A program made the position numbers and the translations under genes. Positions 58,607-64,000 of a stretch of 64,000 nucleotides of DNA are shown here, one piece after another. Every line of letters starts with the position of its first letter. Positions within the stretch are counted from its first letter, which is position 1. Location: the sequence record MT661596.1; one strand, given 5' to 3'. The notes beneath the pieces were generated by a model. That model saw nothing but the letters and a program-made list of their open reading frames with translations. It did no database searches and was not told the origin of the DNA.

Positions 58607-58740
58607 GGGGGGAAACCTTAGGAAGGGGGGTTATGTGTAATTATTAATATATATTAAATAAATATATAAATTATTATAATTTTAATTATAATTAATAATT
58701 AAGTTTAATATATACTAGTATTTATATTTTAAAATATAAT
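58607..58740. other. G-tracts followed by an extremely AT-rich element
   Basis: two G6 runs (58607-58612, 58625-58630), then 65 consecutive A/T bases (58638-58702). Confidence 0.8.
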
Positions 58741-58780
58741 CAGTAGTTATATACAACGATACCACGGAATTAATAACATC

Positions 58781-59116
58781 ATGAATAAATCACAGAAAAC
58801 CGTTATAAACGATAAAGACGATAGATTCACTGTTTATATCGATAAACGTGGAGAGTGTCCTAAGTTGACATTAACACACTCTAAGGGTATGGCGGAATAC
58901 CTTATAGGTGATTTAGCAATTAGTGATGATATTGAGCCCGTTACAATACATGTAGTGAGTTCACGTAGGACAACAACGATTGGGTTTGTAAGAGCATTCC
59001 CTAATGGTGATGTTAGCGTTTATCTCAACAAGGTATTTGACGGGTATGGTAATAAGGCAGATGTCATATTAGACATCAAATCACGTATCATTAAATACTT
59101 CAATACAAAAGGGTAG
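58781..59116 (+). CDS. hypothetical protein
   Basis: 111-aa ORF. Confidence 0.65.
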   Translation: MNKSQKTVINDKDDRFTVYIDKRGECPKLTLTHSKGMAEYLIGDLAISDDIEPVTIHVVSSRRTTTIGFVRAFPNGDVSVYLNKVFDGYGNKADVILDIKSRIIKYFNTKG

Positions 59117-59121
59117 TAACA

Positions 59122-59607
59122 ATGAACAACACGATGCAAGAAACCAGTGATACTTATACTGCGATTTTAAATGCACTGATGGCTTTACATAACTCTTTAG
59201 ATTTACCTAAGATAAAAGATGGTTTAGGTAAGCGGCATTATCTTAGAGAGATTTGTACGTTTGGTTATGAAGGAATGCGTCAGACAGGATGTACGCTAGC
59301 CAATCTAAAGTTTTTAACCAGTAACCCAAATGCAATACTAATCATGACAAACAAGACTTGTTATGAGATGACTGAACAATTAATTCTTAACTCTAACACA
59401 AAGTATAGTGAGCTCTCTAAAGACCTCATGGAACGTGTGCACACTGCTGTGGAATTTTCAAGGTTAATTGATAACGGTGAAGTGCCAGATAGTGTTAACG
59501 TTATTATGTTTGATTGTAATAAACACAGTATGCCAAGGGTAACCGAAAAACGATACTACAAATGGTTAGAAAGTCTTGATAGAGATGTCATTACTATACT
59601 TTGCTAA
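59122..59607 (+). CDS. small degenerate terminase/helicase-like ATPase domain
   Basis: GMRQTGCT (RQxGK[ST] with K>C) and VIMFD Walker B-like strand. Confidence 0.5.
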   Translation: MNNTMQETSDTYTAILNALMALHNSLDLPKIKDGLGKRHYLREICTFGYEGMRQTGCTLANLKFLTSNPNAILIMTNKTCYEMTEQLILNSNTKYSELSKDLMERVHTAVEFSRLIDNGEVPDSVNVIMFDCNKHSMPRVTEKRYYKWLESLDRDVITILC

Positions 59608-59616
59608 TTGTTACTT

Positions 59617-59647
59617 AGGTCTAGGGTCTATCCTAGACCTTTATGCC
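59617..59647 (+). terminator. hairpin terminator with TTATGCC tail
   Basis: aggtctagg-gtctat-cctagacct then ttatgcc. Confidence 0.75.
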
Positions 59648-59665
59648 AGTCAAGTAATAATCAAG

Positions 59666-59682
59666 CCTATATTACTTTATTG
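59666..59682 (+). promoter_or_regulatory. putative early promoter
   Basis: cctatattac-tttat-tg. Confidence 0.6.
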
Positions 59683-59714
59683 AATGACCAATTAAAATTA
59701 ATAAGGAATCTGTA

Positions 59715-60197
59715 ATGGATAATTTACATGAAGTGGAAGTGAACGTAGGAGCGGGTATACAACCCGAGGATGTATTAGGTCTTGTAGGTAATTCAATCAA
59801 GTTTGATAACGAAGTAGATGCTAAACACTTTGTTACTTGCGCCAAAGCCCTTGCAACATCATTGGATTTTAATATCCAAGACCACACATCTGAAACTAAA
59901 AGCTTTAGACGCGTTACAATTGCAGTCCCTAATAGCGAACCTGTGCTTAGTGCAATCATCGTACTGGAGGCTCTATTGAAATTAGCGACTAAAATAAGAC
60001 TCGCTAATAAACAATTCGAGTTAAACTTATATGACTATGTCGTTAATGAGTTAATACGTGATACCTTACGTGATTCGTTAAACCAATCAGGGGTAGAGTT
60101 TACAGATAAAGAGGTAATCATTGCCGGTGTTCATTTAAATCGGTTAGCACTTGATAGGCTTCGTTACGCTTTGGACTGGAGTACCCGTAAGCAGTAA
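59715..60197 (+). CDS. hypothetical protein
   Basis: 160 aa, AAGGA RBS. Confidence 0.7.
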   Translation: MDNLHEVEVNVGAGIQPEDVLGLVGNSIKFDNEVDAKHFVTCAKALATSLDFNIQDHTSETKSFRRVTIAVPNSEPVLSAIIVLEALLKLATKIRLANKQFELNLYDYVVNELIRDTLRDSLNQSGVEFTDKEVIIAGVHLNRLALDRLRYALDWSTRKQ

Positions 60198-60240
60198 ACA
60201 AGGTAATCATTATGAAATACTCATCCCGAGATAACAGATA

Positions 60241-60477
60241 ATGATTAAACTTGATAATAATACTCACATCGTTGATTCGATAGATGAGTACCTTGCTGTG
60301 TTTAAACTACATGGAATGCCGTTCTCTAGACTACCTGATAGTTACCCTACATATACCGTTTATGATGGTGTTAATACATTGGCTGTATTTGGCGTTGGCG
60401 ATAAACCTATACCAAAAACAAAAGAAGCTTTAACAGCATTTAAAGAACGTGTTATTAAATACCATAATTGGGGTTAG
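60241..60477 (+). CDS. hypothetical protein
   Basis: 78 aa, overlapped by a 9-codon upstream ORF. Confidence 0.6.
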   Translation: MIKLDNNTHIVDSIDEYLAVFKLHGMPFSRLPDSYPTYTVYDGVNTLAVFGVGDKPIPKTKEALTAFKERVIKYHNWG

Positions 60478-60599
60478 CGCTTACACCGTCCGGCTTACAG
60501 CTATTATATGTAGAAGACATTACTCCACTCGCTGCTCTAGTAGACGCGGGTTGGAGGGTGTTTTATGCTGATAAATTTTAAGTTCTAAAATACTACATA

Positions 60600-60616
60600 C
60601 CTACATTACTTATGTG
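60600..60616 (+). promoter_or_regulatory. putative early promoter
   Basis: cctacattac-ttatg-tg, preceded by ttttaagtt at the same spacing as in the 2024/4117 cassettes. Confidence 0.6.
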
Positions 60617-60671
60617 AGTGTTGGGCCAACACACTAAACTAATTAACTAATTAATTATTTGGAATATTATT

Positions 60672-61091
60672 ATGAAAACAGGATTCTTCTCAGTAACTTC
60701 TATTTCAACTACCGATGCAAAAGAATTAATTTCAAAAATGCAGTCAGGTTTTTCAATACCTGATATAAGCATAACCCACGGTAAGCGAGCTACTGGACGT
60801 TATTTGACAATCTCAACTGACCACAAAGGCAAGCCAGTAGAGTACGCAACCCGTATCCCTTTATTACTCCGTGAGAACTATCTACCTGGTGGAACTTCTG
60901 ACGGATACAGTTTAGAAGGTCTTCAGATATCGGTGCATTGGGAGCACGCAGGTTCTAAGATAGTTGTTATGTACAGACGATTAAACGGTGATGATAGTGT
61001 TATCGGTGAAAACCTATTATTGACCCTACCACTAACTAATGTGCTTCGAGCGCGACATTTAACTTTAAAGATTGGGAGTGAACATGACTGA
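60672..61091 (+). CDS. hypothetical protein
   Basis: 139-aa ORF. Confidence 0.65.
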   Translation: MKTGFFSVTSISTTDAKELISKMQSGFSIPDISITHGKRATGRYLTISTDHKGKPVEYATRIPLLLRENYLPGGTSDGYSLEGLQISVHWEHAGSKIVVMYRRLNGDDSVIGENLLLTLPLTNVLRARHLTLKIGSEHD

Positions 61092-61359
61092 TATGGTACT
61101 CACACTAAACCCAATTAATGGGTATAGTTTAATTAATCCAGAATACTCAGCGTCTACTTATGATGGCAACATTGTTATCGCTAAAGGTAAATTTGATATT
61201 CGGCAAAGTGAGATTTACTTAGGTGATTTAAAACTAGGTACAATCAAGAAAGATGGTAATGTTGATTTGGATGCTAAAGCTGTGATGTGTAATTTAGGTT
61301 ATGTAACAGGGTTGTGTAATCAAATACTTTACTTTAACTCGGTAATGCGACTACACTAG
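61084..61359 (+). CDS. hypothetical protein
   Basis: GGGAG RBS before ATG 61084. Confidence 0.65.
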   Translation: MTDMVLTLNPINGYSLINPEYSASTYDGNIVIAKGKFDIRQSEIYLGDLKLGTIKKDGNVDLDAKAVMCNLGYVTGLCNQILYFNSVMRLH

Positions 61360-61364
61360 TCGTA

Positions 61365-61400
61365 AAGAAGAAGTGGGTTCGCTCACTTCTTTTTTTTTTT
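61365..61400 (+). terminator. intrinsic terminator
   Basis: aagaagtggg-ttcg-ctcacttctt plus T-run. Confidence 0.85.
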
Positions 61401-61608
61401 AATCTTATAAATCAATTGTTTGTAAAAAATTACATACTAGGTAATACTTATGTAAGGGTAGAGGTTTTTTCATTTTGCTTTAAACCAATATTGCTTTTTG
61501 ATTCCTTTTTGTTGCCATGAAGGTAGGGTGTTAGTTGTTGTTATAACACCCTCTTTTTCTTACACTAAATTTAAAACTTCTGTATTATATACAGTGGTAC
61601 ATTATCAT

Positions 61609-61694
61609 GGGTTGGTACTCAAGTGGTTAACGAGGGCAGACTGTAAATCTGCTGGCTTCGGCCTTCGGTCGTTCAAATCGACCCCAGCCCACCA
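61609..61694 (+). tRNA. tRNA-Tyr(GTA)
   Basis: cloverleaf with class II variable arm, loop CTGTAAA, encoded CCA. Confidence 0.95.
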
Positions 61695-61699
61695 AATAT

Positions 61700-61774
61700 T
61701 GGGGTATAGCTCAGTGGTAGAGCGGAGAGCTGTTAACTCTTAGGTCGTTGGTTCGAATCCAACTATCCCAGCCA
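61700..61774 (+). tRNA. tRNA-Asn(GTT)
   Basis: cloverleaf, loop CTGTTAA, GTTCGAATC, CCA. Confidence 0.95.
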
Positions 61775-61780
61775 ATTAAT

Positions 61781-61857
61781 GGCCCTTTAACTCAATCGGT
61801 TAGAGTAGAGCCCTCATAAGGCTTTAGTTACCAGTTCGAGCCTGGTAGGGGTCACCA
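61781..61857 (+). tRNA. tRNA(CAT), probably Ile2 (lysidine) rather than Met
   Basis: loop CTCATAA; acceptor GGCCC with C4:G69/C5:G68 as in E. coli ileX; CCA. Confidence 0.85.
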
Positions 61858-61859
61858 GT

Positions 61860-62362
61860 TAGTTCCTCCTTGTCAAGAGGTAACGTGGATAATGAGTATC
61901 AAGTTGATTGTTTAGATGTCTTTCAATCAACCGCACTAATCCAATGGATAGTTGCAGTGACTCACGTAATCCTAAGACTGTTATTAATCTGTGTACCATC
62001 GGGCAATTAATAATGACACCAACAACCGAAGGCTAAAGAGATGCCATTGCATCACATGAGTAATCCCAGCAGTCATGTCACCCTATATCCAACCTACAGG
62101 TGATATGCAAAGACTTAAAGGTCTCCTACATTAGGGTCGCTGTGAGGTTACAATATCAAAGGGTGGATATCCTGGTGTTGTTATGAACACCGGTGAATAG
62201 AATGGGTTTATCCTCTTTATAGGTTAGTGCCCACATAACTGTCTTGGTCGTTTGATACGATGACAACCTTTAACTGCGGGGGACTAAAAGTAAGTTACTT
62301 GCACTAACTTGCGAGCAGTTAACTAATTCAAGACGATACACGTATGGTTGTTGGCTGGCTGG
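61860..62362 (+). ncRNA. putative large structured ncRNA (~500 nt)
   Basis: no ORF in the track; many helices including the long-range pair 62019-62027/62346-62354; embedded in the tRNA array. Confidence 0.7.
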
Positions 62363-62454
62363 TCTATATTACTGTGTGTTTCGTGTCTCCATCTAACCGC
62401 GTGGTGAATATAAAGTGAAGAGCACAGCACTCTGAGCAAGCGGTGTCAAATTTA

Positions 62455-62531
62455 GGAGCCATAGTTCAGTTGGTTAGAACGCTACCCTGTCACGGTAGAG
62501 GTCGCGGGTTCGAGTCCCGCTGGTTCCGCCA
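62455..62531 (+). tRNA. tRNA-Asp(GTC)
   Basis: cloverleaf, loop CTGTCAC, GCCA end. Confidence 0.96.
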
Positions 62532-62537
62532 AACAAT

Positions 62538-62613
62538 GTTCTGCTCATCTAGCGGCTTAGGATTACGGGTTTTCAGTCCGTCCACCGGGGTTCGATTCCC
62601 CGGCAGAACACCA
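62538..62613 (+). tRNA. tRNA-Glu(TTC)
   Basis: cloverleaf, loop TTTTCAG, CCA. Confidence 0.9.
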
Positions 62614-62618
62614 AACAT

Positions 62619-62731
62619 GGAAAGGTGTGTTGGCAGAGTGCGTGAATGCGCTAACCTTTAAGTTGGTTAGTATAGGCTGACTCAGAAATGATAGGCTTAT
62701 CGTGGGTTGGAATCCCACACACGTCTTTCTA
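62619..62731 (+). tRNA. atypical class II tRNA-like element (Lys TTT or Leu TAA reading), no CCA
   Basis: GCAGAGTG..GAATGC D-arm, T-arm gtggg-ttggaat-cccac, ~35-nt variable arm, acceptor extendable to 12 bp. Confidence 0.6.
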
Positions 62732-62753
62732 TTTCTTTTTTTTTTTTATCAAT

Positions 62754-62860
62754 GGCGACAGTCTCTTTAAGAGACAAGCACCCAATGTTGTGATTAGAGC
62801 AACCTCTAATATGTCAACGGAATGCGGTAACCCCTGTGAAACTCAGGGTGTCGTCTACCA
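62754..62860 (+). ncRNA. CCA-ended tRNA-mimic RNA
   Basis: ggcgaca/tgtcgtc acceptor, ccctg-tgaaact-caggg T-arm, ...TACCA end; non-tRNA interior hairpins. Confidence 0.6.
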
Positions 62861-62932
62861 AATATGGTTTGCTGTCGAAACGTGAGAGTTAAATAAAATA
62901 ACTTTCCTTGGCGGTAAGCCATTCCCATTAAT

Positions 62933-63010
62933 GGTGGTGTTAGTTCAGTTGGTTAGAATTCAGGAATGTGACTCCTGAGGTCGAGAGTTCAAATCTCTCA
63001 CACCACCCCA
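62933..63010 (+). tRNA. tRNA-His(GTG)
   Basis: G-1:C73, loop ATGTGAC, CCA. Confidence 0.93.
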
Positions 63011-63091
63011 ATTGTGAGTTACCTGATATGAGACAGCTACAGCAGCAAGTCAGGTAGCTCATATTTACACTTATACCGATTAGAGGTCAAA

Positions 63092-63433
63092 ATGAGTGAA
63101 CAGAATCTGGCGACTGTTAGTAAAAATGGTTGTTCGAAAGTTTGTTCAGCTAAAAGTTGTAATGAGTTCATCTTCATTAGCTCTAATGATAAACTAACAT
63201 GTAAGCGCTGTGGCACCCCAAGATTGCTAAGCCATGGCGAAGTCATTGATGCGTTCCCTAGAAAGAACAGTGAGTTCTTTGACCGGGTAAATCAGCTGAG
63301 TCGTTACTCCTTTCATAAAGGCACTGACTCCGTTAAACGAGTGCCCGACCCAGGCGGTAACTATATCGACTACCATGAAGTTGTAGAACTCATGTCATTA
63401 GCCGATGAACGCATTCGTGAATTAAGTAAATAG
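63092..63433 (+). CDS. hypothetical protein with Cys-rich (Zn-ribbon-like) N-terminus
   Basis: CSAKSC...CKRC; GAGG RBS. Confidence 0.65.
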   Translation: MSEQNLATVSKNGCSKVCSAKSCNEFIFISSNDKLTCKRCGTPRLLSHGEVIDAFPRKNSEFFDRVNQLSRYSFHKGTDSVKRVPDPGGNYIDYHEVVELMSLADERIRELSK

Positions 63434-63443
63434 CACCACTATG

Positions 63444-63516
63444 TAGAATGTAGCTTGAGGAAAAAGCAGCCGACTAATAATCGGGGATTTCGCCAGTTCG
63501 AATCTGGTCATTCTAC
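63444..63516 (+). tRNA. atypical tRNA, anticodon AAT (Ile), no encoded CCA
   Basis: acceptor tagaatg/cattcta, D-stem gctt/aagc, loop CTAATAA, T-arm gccag-TTCGAAT-ctggt. Confidence 0.7.
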
Positions 63517-63598
63517 AACCCTATCATGATTGATGATACCACGTAAGAAAAATATTTATTAGCACGTACGCTAATCCATTTTTTACGGGGAATTCATC

Positions 63599-63994
63599 AT
63601 GATAATCGATAAACTCATTAATGCTAAACCAACCTATCTTTATAAGTTAGATGGTGAAGTTTGTAAAGACGAATACACAACACTAGAAGGGTTCAGTGAC
63701 TGTATTAAGTGGCATCTGTCACTTAATAACTTCAATGTGATTGGCGTCTTCTATAATGACCAACCAGAAGATTATTACGGGTCGGGTGTCGTATTAGGTT
63801 ATGATAAAACATCGTCGGAGTGTTTTGTTATTGAGCTAAGCCACTGTTCCTGTTATGGTATTCTGGATGTAGATGCTTGGGAGGATATCCAACCGGAGCG
63901 CTACAGTGTTGAGTTGTTAGATAAGGCATATTCTGAAAACAGACTTACAAGTGAATTAACAGAGCTAATCGAACATTGCATCGCACAGATGTAA
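63599..63994 (+). CDS. hypothetical protein
   Basis: 131 aa; ELSHCSCYG motif common in phage hypothetical proteins. Confidence 0.7.
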   Translation: MIIDKLINAKPTYLYKLDGEVCKDEYTTLEGFSDCIKWHLSLNNFNVIGVFYNDQPEDYYGSGVVLGYDKTSSECFVIELSHCSCYGILDVDAWEDIQPERYSVELLDKAYSENRLTSELTELIEHCIAQM

Positions 63995-64000
63995 AGGAAT

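Noticed and set aside
58607-58630. G-quadruplex
   Set aside because: Only two G6 runs; not the four looped runs needed for a canonical intramolecular G4
61860-62454. Large ncRNA as RNase P RNA, tmRNA or a group I intron
   Set aside because: No GAGGAAAGUCC P4 signature, no tmRNA GGGG...CCACCA ends or tag ORF, and it interrupts no gene; only a weak gactg/cagtc P7-like pair is present. A cmscan is still needed for formal exclusion
61498-62885. ORFs 61498..61743, 62443..62661 and 62688..62885
   Set aside because: They overlap clear tRNA or tRNA-like genes and lack RBS; they are translations of RNA genes
1-64000. Alternative genetic code (stop-codon recoding)
   Set aside because: Core genes up to 2034 aa are uninterrupted in the standard code, and no CUA/UCA suppressor tRNA was found
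1-64000. Mobile elements (IS, integrase, homing endonuclease)
   Set aside because: No transposase, recombinase, HNH or GIY-YIG motifs recognised in any ORF

Overview
64-kb AT-rich segment of a phiKZ-like (nucleus-forming type) jumbo myophage, read with the standard genetic code. Core content: RNase H, UvsX/RecA, three virion RNA polymerase subunits (beta C-terminal part, beta' with the DYDGD catalytic motif, beta N-terminal part), a 2034-aa tape-measure-like protein with a GH19 lysozyme domain, an M15 endolysin, prohead protease, tail tube, tail sheath, baseplate-region proteins and large terminase. The order resembles what I recall for SPN3US-type enterobacterial jumbo phages. Accessory early-gene islands lie at 1-5.4 kb, 37-43 kb and 56-64 kb. 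The most unusual part is an RNA island at 61.6-63.5 kb: six canonical tRNAs, a ~500-nt ORF-free and densely base-paired putative large ncRNA, and several non-canonical tRNA-like elements (a CCA-ended tRNA mimic, a class II body with an ambiguous Lys/Leu anticodon, and a tRNA with an AAU anticodon). Other leads: a paralogous family of small early membrane proteins sharing an 'EVNAPE' motif, a SLOG + Macro-SLOG pair, an ART-fold candidate inserted into the head operon, a protein with degenerate gp49/Acb4-like repeats, and a strand-specific hairpin+TTATG(C/T) terminator signal. All homology calls come from recognised motifs and recalled synteny; no database searches were run.
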